Virus record (IMG/VR): IMGVR_UViG_3300004255_000040
Location: 1 to 36,024 of that record
Origin: a virus
Taxonomy: Duplodnaviria > Caudoviricetes
Direction: 5' to 3' (one strand)
Length of the DNA stretch: 36,024 nucleotides
The notes below the pieces were generated by a model. The model saw nothing but the letters and a program-made list of their open reading frames with translations. It was not told the DNA's origin and ran no database searches. A program made the translations under genes and the position numbers. Numbering within the stretch: position 1 is the first letter of the stretch; every line of letters begins with the position of its first letter. Positions 1-8,414 of the stretch are shown here, one piece after another.

Positions 1-1
1 C

Positions 2-610
2 TCAGTTTCCAATCGCGAAGTAAAAAGCACTGATGCCGTTAAAACCTCGGTTAAATCCGGTCAGGCTTGAGGAAGAGATATAGAGCGTGTCCCCGGTGAC
101 GGCCGTCGCCGTGTTCTGGTCCGGTGTGATGAAAATTTTGAACAGGTTGTTAGGGAATGCGATGGGAAAGGTCACACCGAAAGCAGTCGATGTAATAGCC
201 CCCCACAGCATCATGAAACCGCCAAGCCAGGATGGAAGTCTGATCCAACCAGTAGGACCAAAGCTGTAGGAGAACCCGGCAGCGGTGGCAATTGCCGACA
301 TGGCACCGCGAATCCAGCTGGTGCTGGCCGGCTTCGCGCTATTGTCAACAAAGGTCGGATCGGCTGCGGCTGTCAATCCACCGTCATTGATCATGGCTCC
401 AATGGCTTGGTGCAACTGATTGCGGGCGCCTGCACTTGGGACTAGGCCTTTAGACTCGATGACTGTGAGCAACTCCTCTTGCAAATTGTTGAAGAACTCA
501 GCATTGCAGTCAGTGGGAATGATGCCGAGAGCCAGATCCCCGTTTTTGAAGCCATGTTTCCCGGCGCCGAACAAATCGACGGCTTTGGTTGGCGTATTAA
601 TGCGGTCCAT
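2..610 (-). CDS. Short tail fibre protein (Mu gpS-like N-terminus)
   Basis: N-terminus MDRINTPT..FFNNLQEELLTVIE..NQLHQAI resembles Mu/SfV fibre anchors. C-terminal GWIRLPS..LWG..VTFPIAFPN..FAIGN is typical of fibre tip domains. Follows gp48. Confidence 0.8.
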   Translation of the reverse strand: MDRINTPTKAVDLFGAGKHGFKNGDLALGIIPTDCNAEFFNNLQEELLTVIESKGLVPSAGARNQLHQAIGAMINDGGLTAAADPTFVDNSAKPASTSWIRGAMSAIATAAGFSYSFGPTGWIRLPSWLGGFMMLWGAITSTAFGVTFPIAFPNNLFKIFITPDQNTATAVTGDTLYISSSSLTGFNRGFNGISAFYFAIGN

Positions 611-621
611 TGAATGGGCTC

Positions 622-1215
622 CTAGGGTGCGTAGGAAAAAATGACGTTGGTGTGGCCGGGTTTGCGCTTTTCAAAAAAGCATTCGATGACACTTGGTTCA
701 TAGCTCTGCAGCGCCGCATCGCACGGGCTGTTGCAGTTGAAGAACCTGGCGCTCAGCGCAGGGCGCGGAATATTCACGCGCCATACAAACTTGTCTGCCT
801 GGGTATACAGCGCGTCATTGCAACTGCTGTTGCAGGTGAATGGTTTGAACTCCGTGATGGTTACACCAGGCTCGCCCAGGCGCTCCGCTTGGCCGATGAA
901 GTAGGGGCGAGATTGGCCCCCCTCTTCGGTGAGCCGCTGAAAAGTCATAAGCTGCCGATCGGCAAGTTGAAGCCCCACCGGTGAGCAGGTATCCGGCAGT
1001 CCGAGCAGGCGCTCCCAGTCCGGCAGCATGCTGGTCGCACGACGCGGATCTGCCTGTTCAAGCAGGTCTTCAAATTTCAACTGCACCGCCAGAAACATGG
1101 CTGCAATGGCGCCCAGAACCTTCGAAAGCACACTGTCAGGGTCGCGCGTGAAGGCGCGGCCAGGCGGCAGCATGGCCCGTAGGGAGGCAACCCAGTCGTC
1201 CAGCCTCACAGCCAT
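622..1215 (-). CDS. Baseplate wedge protein, Mu gp48/YmfQ (DUF2313) family
   Basis: LPPGRAF, ADPRRATSMLPDWERLLGLPD and KPGHT motifs; follows baseplate J. Confidence 0.88.
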   Translation of the reverse strand: MAVRLDDWVASLRAMLPPGRAFTRDPDSVLSKVLGAIAAMFLAVQLKFEDLLEQADPRRATSMLPDWERLLGLPDTCSPVGLQLADRQLMTFQRLTEEGGQSRPYFIGQAERLGEPGVTITEFKPFTCNSSCNDALYTQADKFVWRVNIPRPALSARFFNCNSPCDAALQSYEPSVIECFFEKRKPGHTNVIFSYAP

Positions 1216-2255
1216 GTGATCACCCCCAGCATGGGCATCTGGCCCGTCGTGTGTGCCTGATTGGCCGCCGGAACTGTCAGCACGTGGTCTGTCTCGCCGG
1301 CCGCAATTGAAATCGCCTCGCGCTGGTGGGTGATCCGCATGGTTTCACCAGGCTTCGCCTCATTCCTATACAAGGCCTTCAACTCAGCCTCAACAGCAGC
1401 CCTGGTGGCTGGCGTGTCGGGCGTGAGTTGGATGCTGAAATTCTGTGGCGTTGCAATGGGCGCCACCACATAAAAACCAGCCGTGACCGGGCGCTTGGCA
1501 TCGATATAGTCCTGCACGGCCGTCACCTCGCCAGCGTCCGGAATGATGGATGCGTCATCGTCACGGACAAACCGAAGCACGATGGTGCCGGCACCTTGCT
1601 CACCAGGGTAGGGCCATGCACGCGTCACACCAGGCACCTCAAGCGCCCAGTCCACATAGTCGTCAAGGCTCCCGCCTTGCGGCGCACGGCGAACCCGCGC
1701 AAGAATGCGGGCACGCCAAGCCTCGATGCCCTCAATATCAGACCCACCAGACAAGGCCGTCTGTGCTGTGGCCACCGCATTCACGCCAGGTATAGGCGTG
1801 CTCAGCGTGAGCGCGGTGCCAATGATGGCGTTCCCAACCTGGCCGGCCTCGACGGCTTCCACCGCAATGGTGGCCACACCGGCAGCGATGATGCCGGCAA
1901 CCGTGGTCTGATACTGCACCGCGTCTGAGCGCTGCACAATCGTTCCCACATCAATGGAAGATCCGTTCACCCCGGTGAACTGCACAGTGCCCGTTGCAGC
2001 GGCGGCCTCTTTGCGAGACCGCCCCCAGCGCGCGCCATGTGCCGGTAGATGATCGGCATCGGCCTTGTCGGGCCACATCTGGTCGTTCAGTCGCTCGGCA
2101 TACTTGTAGAGGGTGTCCAGGCCGCCAGCCATCACGCGGTTGATCACACCGACCAGGCTGTTGCGCACCCGTGCCAGCACACCAGGCTGACGGCTCTCGA
2201 ACTCAGCCGCGCCCTTATCGATCAGCACTGAAAGTGAGTCGCGCTCAAGCGGCAT
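1206..2255 (-). CDS. Baseplate J-like protein (Mu gp47)
   Basis: GGSDIE..WRARIL, GGSLDDYVDWALEVPGVTRAW and RPVTA motifs. Confidence 0.92.
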   Translation of the reverse strand: MPLERDSLSVLIDKGAAEFESRQPGVLARVRNSLVGVINRVMAGGLDTLYKYAERLNDQMWPDKADADHLPAHGARWGRSRKEAAAATGTVQFTGVNGSSIDVGTIVQRSDAVQYQTTVAGIIAAGVATIAVEAVEAGQVGNAIIGTALTLSTPIPGVNAVATAQTALSGGSDIEGIEAWRARILARVRRAPQGGSLDDYVDWALEVPGVTRAWPYPGEQGAGTIVLRFVRDDDASIIPDAGEVTAVQDYIDAKRPVTAGFYVVAPIATPQNFSIQLTPDTPATRAAVEAELKALYRNEAKPGETMRITHQREAISIAAGETDHVLTVPAANQAHTTGQMPMLGVITWL

Positions 2256-2721
2256 TTATGCCCCCCTCTCCGGCAAGACGCCAGATCTGTCGAGCCTCAT
2301 CGAACTCGAACCGAAAGCCCCGCGCGCCATCGTCCAGATGCACCTTGATCAAGGCTGCCATCCAACCCATGCGGGGAATGAACACCGTCACACCCACTGT
2401 CGTGGCCAGGCCGTCATCAATGAGCCACTGCAGCGCTTCTTCGCAGTACTGCCGGCAGCGCTGCACCGTGCCCTGCAGCTGCTTCTCGCGCTGCAGCAGC
2501 CACAGGCGCGAACCGGTCTTGTGCTGGTTGCCAGCAAAGGCATCAGCCCACCAGCCACGCCGGTCTTCGCCGGGATTTACCTCATAGCTCTCAGCCAGGC
2601 GGTCGCTCATCAGGGACACCATCACAGCGCTCGCCAGCGAACTCTCCGCGCGCAGATCCGTGCCGTCGATCGCTAGATCGAAGGCCTGCAGCTTCGGGTC
2701 ATAGATCAGGGCCAAGTCCAT
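2245..2721 (-). CDS. Mu gp46-like baseplate protein
   Basis: RRGWWAD, GSRLWLLQREK and EEALQWLIDDG motifs. Confidence 0.92.
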   Translation of the reverse strand: MDLALIYDPKLQAFDLAIDGTDLRAESSLASAVMVSLMSDRLAESYEVNPGEDRRGWWADAFAGNQHKTGSRLWLLQREKQLQGTVQRCRQYCEEALQWLIDDGLATTVGVTVFIPRMGWMAALIKVHLDDGARGFRFEFDEARQIWRLAGEGGINAA

Positions 2722-2727
2722 TGTTCG

Positions 2728-2769
2728 AGTCTCTTCAAAAGCCGTTAATGCGTCTCTTAAATCGGTTTA
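2728..2769 (-). promoter_or_regulatory. Putative Mor/C-activated late promoter for gp46 to the tail fibre
   Basis: Dyad TAAA-N4-TTTA at 2758-2769; -10-like GAGACT at 2733-2728, 6 nt before the ATG at 2721. Confidence 0.55.
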
Positions 2770-2770
2770 A

Positions 2771-3316
2771 TCAGACCGCCTGGTTGGGGCCGTTGGTTGG
2801 GCTGCCTGCAACGTTGTTCTCGTTGTGGTCGTGGTTGGTGTAGGTGCTGCGCATCTGCGCCATCGTGCGGCCGAGAGGCGTGTCGCACTGGTCCTTGATC
2901 TGCCCCGTGGAATCAATGTCCGCCTCTACCCGCAGCTTGGTCAGGTTGACCATCTTTACCAGATGGCCGGCACCGTCGATCACAATGCCGTCGCGGGTCA
3001 GGTGCACCTTGTGGCCCAGATCGTCATAGAGGGCAACCTCACCCTCCTGCAGTCCCGTCAGCCGGTAGCGACGGTCATCCACATTGATAACCACCGTGTG
3101 GCCCGTGCTGCCGCCTACTGCCAGCGCAATGCCTTCTGCGCCAGCCTTGGCGCGGCTACTCAATCCGTAATGCTGGAAGTGCTCGACATCGTCCGCCCCC
3201 TGGTCGGCCAGCAATCGAACCTGCACCATCTGCAATTTCGCCGCATCGTTCACCAGGCCAATCACGGCGCGGCCGATCATGCCGCGCACGCGTGCCATCA
3301 GCCGATCACTCATCAC
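2771..3316 (-). CDS. Baseplate spike protein (Mu gp45)
   Basis: VEHFQHYGLSS, DDRRYRL and GEVALYDDLG motifs; C-terminal HxH (NHDH) metal motif. Confidence 0.92.
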   Translation of the reverse strand: MMSDRLMARVRGMIGRAVIGLVNDAAKLQMVQVRLLADQGADDVEHFQHYGLSSRAKAGAEGIALAVGGSTGHTVVINVDDRRYRLTGLQEGEVALYDDLGHKVHLTRDGIVIDGAGHLVKMVNLTKLRVEADIDSTGQIKDQCDTPLGRTMAQMRSTYTNHDHNENNVAGSPTNGPNQAV

Positions 3317-4484
3317 GCACCCCCCGTTTGTCGCGCGGGTTGGGCGGCGTCAACTCCCAGCTCGGTGTGAAGCCATCGCCTTTTTTCTTCTTTTCCTTCT
3401 GGGTCTTGTCGTTCAGCTTGGCGTTGAGCTTGCTTCGGCCAACTCCCTCCACCAGCTGGAAGGCCTCCGGCCTGGCAAACGTCAGGTCCGTCACCTTGCC
3501 CAGCTCAGTGATCTGGTAGCTGCAGCTCACAATCAGCAGCTCCATGTCGACGTTCATGCGGTCACTGGTCACATGCACCAGGGTGTTCGGCTGCCACAGC
3601 GGGCCTTCCTGGCCGTCCTTGCCAGTGCGCCAGCCCACTACGGTGCAGCCGCCACGTTTGCCCCGGCCCATGCGCACCTTCACCTCCCAAGCCGCACGGT
3701 CTTTGAGCGACTTGGCGCTGGTTCCATGCTCGGCAATCACTACCAGCGGTCGGTACCGGTCGATCTCTTCATCCTTGGCCAAAGCCTTCAAATGCGCAGC
3801 AGCCTCAGCGTATTCATCGTCATCACCCGGCACCTGGCCCTTGAGCGTGATCTCGCTGTGGCGTTCCTTCCAGCTGTGCTTCGAGTGGAACTTTTTCATG
3901 TTCACACCTTCCACCAGCTGCACGCCAGTGCTCACCGTGCTGGCAGTGGTCAGCAGCAGGTTGCCGTCTGGTGTGCTGACCACCAGCACAGCGCGCAGCC
4001 GGCATGCCCGGTCAATGGCGTCGAAGGCCTTTTCGCCTTCCTCCAGTGCGAAGCGCTTGAACACCTCACCCGTGTCCACGCCCGGCGCCACTGATACCGA
4101 GATCCCGAAAGGCCGCGCTATGTCCGTCACGATCTGCCGCAACCCCACGCCGCGCCATTGACCGGTCTTGTAGATGGCCGAGCAGTCCACCAGATCGCCG
4201 GTCTTGTCCCGTCCGGCCACCCGCACCGTACTGCTGGTGTCGGTATCGTCTGTCTCGAAGTCATCGATGTGGCCGGTGATCACCAGGTCATCGCCCAGGC
4301 GCACCTCGCAGGGCAGCCCTTCACGCAGCCGTACGGGTTCATCCACGCCTGGCCAGCGGCTGGTGAGCTGGAGCACATAGCCGCCCGCAATCTGCTCGAT
4401 GCTGCGAAGTACTTCCAACCGCGTCCAGCCGCCATAGGCTGTGCCGTCAATGATCAGCGTGCACTCGTTGTCGTGCTCGTTCAC
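3306..4484 (-). CDS. Baseplate hub protein (Mu gp44/gpP)
   Basis: YGGWT, GRDKTGDLVDCS and LWQPN motifs; GTG start overlaps the upstream stop. Confidence 0.9.
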   Translation of the reverse strand: MNEHDNECTLIIDGTAYGGWTRLEVLRSIEQIAGGYVLQLTSRWPGVDEPVRLREGLPCEVRLGDDLVITGHIDDFETDDTDTSSTVRVAGRDKTGDLVDCSAIYKTGQWRGVGLRQIVTDIARPFGISVSVAPGVDTGEVFKRFALEEGEKAFDAIDRACRLRAVLVVSTPDGNLLLTTASTVSTGVQLVEGVNMKKFHSKHSWKERHSEITLKGQVPGDDDEYAEAAAHLKALAKDEEIDRYRPLVVIAEHGTSAKSLKDRAAWEVKVRMGRGKRGGCTVVGWRTGKDGQEGPLWQPNTLVHVTSDRMNVDMELLIVSCSYQITELGKVTDLTFARPEAFQLVEGVGRSKLNAKLNDKTQKEKKKKGDGFTPSWELTPPNPRDKRGVRDE

Positions 4485-5716
4485 CGCAGCACCTCCAACG
4501 GCTTCGCCGGCACGAATGCCGGGTGTTTCACATCGTTGCGAGCCACCAACTCGTCGGCGCGCGTTGCATCCTGGTAGATGCGATGGGCCAACACCACGGC
4601 CGGCAATACCGATTGCGGCGTGAAGACAGACCGCTGCAGCAGAAACTCGCTGCGCGCGGCCACATCACGAACAACGGCCACCCGCAGATCCGTCAGCGCC
4701 TTGGACACCTCGGCCGGCGGATCGTTCACCTCAAGTTCGGTATCAATCTGCGCCACCAAGGCATCACGCAGCGCCGTGGCCTGGCTGGCCGTGGCCAGCG
4801 CATCCGTGGTGGCCAGCGCCACGGTCAACATGCGCGCCTGGTTGCTCAAGCTCAGCCTGCGCTGCAGATCTGCCTGGGCGGTGTCGTTGGCCAGGCTGCG
4901 GGCGCGTGTAGACCCGCTCAAGGCAACAGCCGGGGAGCGTGTGTTGGCAGAAAACACCGACTGCAACTCCGAGAAAGCCGACACCGGACGCTGCACCTCC
5001 TGCACCAGCTGGGCGTAAATGCTGCGCAGGCTCTGTACCAGCACCACCGGCGTGCGGATGAGCTGCGCCAGGTTGCCCATCAACCGGCCCACCTGGACCA
5101 CAATCGTGCCCAGCCCGCCCACGCTGGTGACCTGGCGCGCTGTCTGCAGCAGGCCGCCCACGGTCGCCGTCATGCGCTTGAGCGCCTGGGTGGAGAGCAC
5201 GCTCGCGCCTTCCACTGAAAACTCTTTCCCGAAGGCTGCCTCGGTGGCCTCATCCGCTGCATTCGCCGTGCGTTCAACCTGCGCCACCGTGTTTTGAACG
5301 GCTATTGGAAAGGTGTTTGAAGTGTCCTCGACGAAGGTCACCGAAATGCGCGCCATGCCGCCGCGCTCCGGCGTCTCCTTCACGCTTACCTCGCCGTCGA
5401 GGGACACCTTGCGCAGCCCGTAGCGCGGGTGAATCAGCTCCCCGGAGCCTTTGGTCTCGAAGGCCTTGACCAGCGCATCCCGCTCTGCCAGGTAGTTCGG
5501 GCCGATGACATAGGCCTCCACCACAAAGCGGCGCGCCCGGCGGCCCAGGTCATCCACATAGGCCTCGTCGCGCTGCGGGTACTCATTCACCACATTGCGC
5601 CGGCCCACTTTCATGTCGGCGTCCACCGTGCGGAACGGCACGCCCCGGAAGCTGCCCGCCACCAGCACCCGGCCGTCCGGCAGGGTGACGTGGCTCAGTT
5701 GCTCGCGCCAGGCCAT
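4481..5716 (-). CDS. DNA circularization/tail protein (Mu gpN, gp43)
   Basis: GSFRGVPF, EYPQRD..DDLGR, GELIHPRYG and ARNDVKHPAFVP motifs. Confidence 0.92.
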   Translation of the reverse strand: MAWREQLSHVTLPDGRVLVAGSFRGVPFRTVDADMKVGRRNVVNEYPQRDEAYVDDLGRRARRFVVEAYVIGPNYLAERDALVKAFETKGSGELIHPRYGLRKVSLDGEVSVKETPERGGMARISVTFVEDTSNTFPIAVQNTVAQVERTANAADEATEAAFGKEFSVEGASVLSTQALKRMTATVGGLLQTARQVTSVGGLGTIVVQVGRLMGNLAQLIRTPVVLVQSLRSIYAQLVQEVQRPVSAFSELQSVFSANTRSPAVALSGSTRARSLANDTAQADLQRRLSLSNQARMLTVALATTDALATASQATALRDALVAQIDTELEVNDPPAEVSKALTDLRVAVVRDVAARSEFLLQRSVFTPQSVLPAVVLAHRIYQDATRADELVARNDVKHPAFVPAKPLEVLR

Positions 5717-7533
5717 CAGCTACCTGCCGCCAGGTTGGTTTGCCCCAGGCTGGTGTTGATCCGCGTGCCGTTGAACGGCCGGACCTCGGCCTGCACCGCC
5801 ACGTTGGGGTTACCCAGCACACGCACCGTCAGCTCGCCGCCCACCTTCGTGTTCTTCAGCGCCTCGTTGATGGCCACGGCGCGCTGAGCCTCTTCGTTGC
5901 CGAAAATGCTCAGCACCTTCGCCACTAGCTCACCAATGCGATCGCCGACCTGGTTGCCTTCCAGGCCGAATTTATAGATGCCGGTGCCAACGCCATACCC
6001 CGCAGCACCCGCCAGTCCTGCGCCGGCTGCAGCAGCCCCCAGGCCGGCAATGCCCACAGGGGCGTTCCCCAGCAGCGCCGCTACCCCGGCCATATTGCGC
6101 AGCTTGGCCAACATGCCGACAGAAGCCGCACCTGCAGCACCAGCGCCCAGCAAACCGCCCGCGCCGCCCCCGCCGTTCATTTCAGACCAGTTCGTCACAT
6201 AGACCGGCATCACGCCTGAAGCAGCCTGCAGGGCCTTGCCCTCAGCCACGCCCGCTGCCACACCTCCGGTGCGGCCGATCAGCCTTCCCACCACACCCGG
6301 AACGACGCGAGACAGGGCATACACACCCGCAGCACCCGCAAGCGCACCGCCTGCGATCGCGCCGCCACCCAGGCCCAGGCCACCCTGTTCCTTGCTGTCC
6401 AGCAGGTATTTGATGGCACGCTCGATCACCTTGTTGATCGGCCGCGCAAAACCCTCGGCCGACTCGCGCAGCGTGTTCTTCAGGCGCGACGACTGATCCG
6501 CCGCGTTGGCAATCGCGGTCGGCAAGTCCTTCTTCAGCGTGCCGCCGGCATTCTTGATCTCTTCTTCAAACTTGCGGATGTTCTCCAGACCCTTGCCGCT
6601 GAGCAAGGCGAAGATCCCGCGCTGTGTATCCAGATCGGCCTTGCCGAAGGCCTTGCTGATGTACTGGAAGCGCTGCGCGTCGGTGTTGAGCTTCACGAAG
6701 CCCTTGCGCATGTCCTCCAGCACGGCAATGCCGTCGCGCCGGCTGCCGTCCTTGGCAAAGAACCTTACGCCCGTGGCCTTCTCGGCATCCTTGGCATAGT
6801 GGGCGTTGGTGAACAGCCGCAGGGTCGAGTCCGCAAGCGTTGCCAGGCGCTCCGGCTGCCGTTCGATCTGAGACAGCCCCTCAATGAAGGCCAATGTCTT
6901 CTCAAACCCCATGCCGGCAGACTGCGCCCGCTGCGCCACGCGCGGGAAGATGCTCGACAGGTTCTCCAGCTCAGCATTGCCCAGACGTCCGGCCACCGTC
7001 ATCTGGTCCAGCATGGTGGTGGCCACACCGACCTTGGAAAGGTCGAGGCCGAAGTTGGCAGAGCCCACAGTCAAGGCGCCGCTCAGGGAGTCTTCGTTGG
7101 CACCCGTCACGGCCTTGGCCAGGCTCACCGCCTTGGTGGCCTCCATCGCTTCCTTGTACTTCAGGCCCGCCTGTACCAGGTTGTTGAATCCCGCCACCGT
7201 GTCTTCGATCACGCCGCCGTTCTTCTTCACCAGGCTGAACATGGTCTTGTAAGCCTCAGTCTGCTCGGCCGCCGTCATGCCGGCCGTCAGCCGCACCTGA
7301 GTGAGCTTCTTCTCCAGCAGCGCCGCGTTCTTCTGCGTCTGCACCAGCCCAACCCCCAGGCCCAGCGATGCCAGCTGCCCTTGGTACGACTGCATGAAGC
7401 TCTTGAGCCGCTGGAACTCTGCCCTGGTCGCATTGGCAAACGAGCGCGTACCTTGCTGCGCCTGTTGCGTTGCACGCAGGTAGCTGGCAGCATTGCCGTC
7501 AATGCGGACGCCGACAACGTAGTTCGTGCTCAT
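5716..7533 (-). CDS. Tail tape measure protein
   Basis: 605 aa, Ala/Gly-rich and helical, with an AGRLGNAELENLS motif; lies between the tail chaperone and gpN. Confidence 0.88.
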   Translation of the reverse strand: MSTNYVVGVRIDGNAASYLRATQQAQQGTRSFANATRAEFQRLKSFMQSYQGQLASLGLGVGLVQTQKNAALLEKKLTQVRLTAGMTAAEQTEAYKTMFSLVKKNGGVIEDTVAGFNNLVQAGLKYKEAMEATKAVSLAKAVTGANEDSLSGALTVGSANFGLDLSKVGVATTMLDQMTVAGRLGNAELENLSSIFPRVAQRAQSAGMGFEKTLAFIEGLSQIERQPERLATLADSTLRLFTNAHYAKDAEKATGVRFFAKDGSRRDGIAVLEDMRKGFVKLNTDAQRFQYISKAFGKADLDTQRGIFALLSGKGLENIRKFEEEIKNAGGTLKKDLPTAIANAADQSSRLKNTLRESAEGFARPINKVIERAIKYLLDSKEQGGLGLGGGAIAGGALAGAAGVYALSRVVPGVVGRLIGRTGGVAAGVAEGKALQAASGVMPVYVTNWSEMNGGGGAGGLLGAGAAGAASVGMLAKLRNMAGVAALLGNAPVGIAGLGAAAAGAGLAGAAGYGVGTGIYKFGLEGNQVGDRIGELVAKVLSIFGNEEAQRAVAINEALKNTKVGGELTVRVLGNPNVAVQAEVRPFNGTRINTSLGQTNLAAGS

Positions 7534-7688
7534 GATTTAGGGTCCGTCAACTTGCTCAGTTTGGTAACGTAGAACTCGAATTCGGCGATGGGCAACGCCA
7601 TGATCTCGGCGCGGCTCCAGTGGAACTTCAGCGCCAGCAGCATCACCTGGCCAAGCAGGGTCTGCCGCTTGGCGACTAGTCTTCCCCC
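7530..7688 (-). CDS. -1 frameshift extension of the tail assembly chaperone (P2 gpE'-like)
   Basis: After CTG GGG GAA the -1 frame reads GRLVAKRQTLLGQVMLLALKFHWSRAEIMALPIAEFEFYVTKLSKLTDPKS*. Its TGA overlaps the tape measure ATG. Confidence 0.75.
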   Translation of the reverse strand, partial: GGRLVAKRQTLLGQVMLLALKFHWSRAEIMALPIAEFEFYVTKLSKLTDPKS

Positions 7689-7966
7689 AGCCGGTCGGCC
7701 TCCTGCAGGGCGGATGAGATCTCGCCAAACCGCGCCGGGCTCAAGGTCTTGAAGTGGCCTGGCACAAACGGCCCGGTGAAGTCGCCAGCGCGCACGAGCT
7801 GCAGGCAGGCCATCTGGATGTTGAACGAATTGGGCTGATAGGCCGAAGCGATCTGCTCAGCCTGGCACACATCGTCCATCGTGGCGGGGCGTACTTCGAT
7901 CTCGGTGGCTTCCTTTCCGCCTACCTTCCAGGGCTTTTTCAGGGTCTTGATCAGCGTTCCGTTCAT
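7676..7966 (-). CDS. Tail assembly chaperone (Mu gp41-like)
   Basis: ATG at 7966 with GGAGAA SD; lies between the tube and tape measure genes; ends at a G-run slippery site. Confidence 0.8.
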   Translation of the reverse strand: MNGTLIKTLKKPWKVGGKEATEIEVRPATMDDVCQAEQIASAYQPNSFNIQMACLQLVRAGDFTGPFVPGHFKTLSPARFGEISSALQEADRLGED

Positions 7967-8014
7967 GACTTTCTCCAATGTTTAAAAGCGGTTTAATGCA
8001 GGTGTTTCAGTGGC

Positions 8015-8035
8015 AAAGCCACCCGAAGGTGGCTT
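8015..8035 (-). terminator. Hairpin/terminator after the tail tube gene
   Basis: Minus strand AAGCCAC-C-TTCG-G-GTGGCTTT, a cUUCGg tetraloop hairpin with a short U tract. Confidence 0.55.
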
Positions 8036-8054
8036 GTCGTCGAGCTTGAAGGCG

Positions 8055-8402
8055 TCAGTCCTCCAGGCACTCGGTCGCGCTGAATTCCAGCGTCACCTCG
8101 CCCTTTTCCAGCTTCGGCGGCTTGGTGCAAAAGGCTTCGATCAACGTATAGACGCGACCCGAGTCCGTCTCGAAGGTCAGCGTGCCCGTGAATGCCTGCA
8201 GCTCCTTCAGCTTGGTGTTGCTCGTGTGGCTGATCTTGCAGTCGACCTTCGGCACAGACATCTTCTCCGTGTAGCCGTCAATGCCGGAGTCGCTCGACAC
8301 CGGCTCACGCTCAACACCGCCAATGTCCAGGCTTGCGCCTTCCTTGCTGCGAATGCGCTGCCCGTTGAGCGCGATGAATACCCGGCCAGAAACTTGAGCC
8401 AT
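8055..8402 (-). CDS. Tail tube protein (Mu gpM-like)
   Basis: 115 aa directly after the sheath; GGVERE..GYTE and GEVTLEF motifs. Confidence 0.85.
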   Translation of the reverse strand: MAQVSGRVFIALNGQRIRSKEGASLDIGGVEREPVSSDSGIDGYTEKMSVPKVDCKISHTSNTKLKELQAFTGTLTFETDSGRVYTLIEAFCTKPPKLEKGEVTLEFSATECLED

Positions 8403-8414
8403 GAGACCTCCTAT

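Noticed and set aside
2-200. Possible diversity-generating retroelement variable region at the tail fibre tip
   Set aside because: No template repeat or reverse transcriptase is seen in the window; it cannot be assessed beyond the left edge.
7537-7728. 63-aa ORF listed between chaperone and tape measure
   Set aside because: No SD and non-protein-like composition; the -1 frame gives a recognisable gpE'-like sequence instead.
7983-7995. Near-copy of the late promoter dyad (TAAAAGCGGTTTA); similar strings near 19724 and 24338
   Set aside because: Spacer or arm mismatches and no matching -10/ATG geometry.
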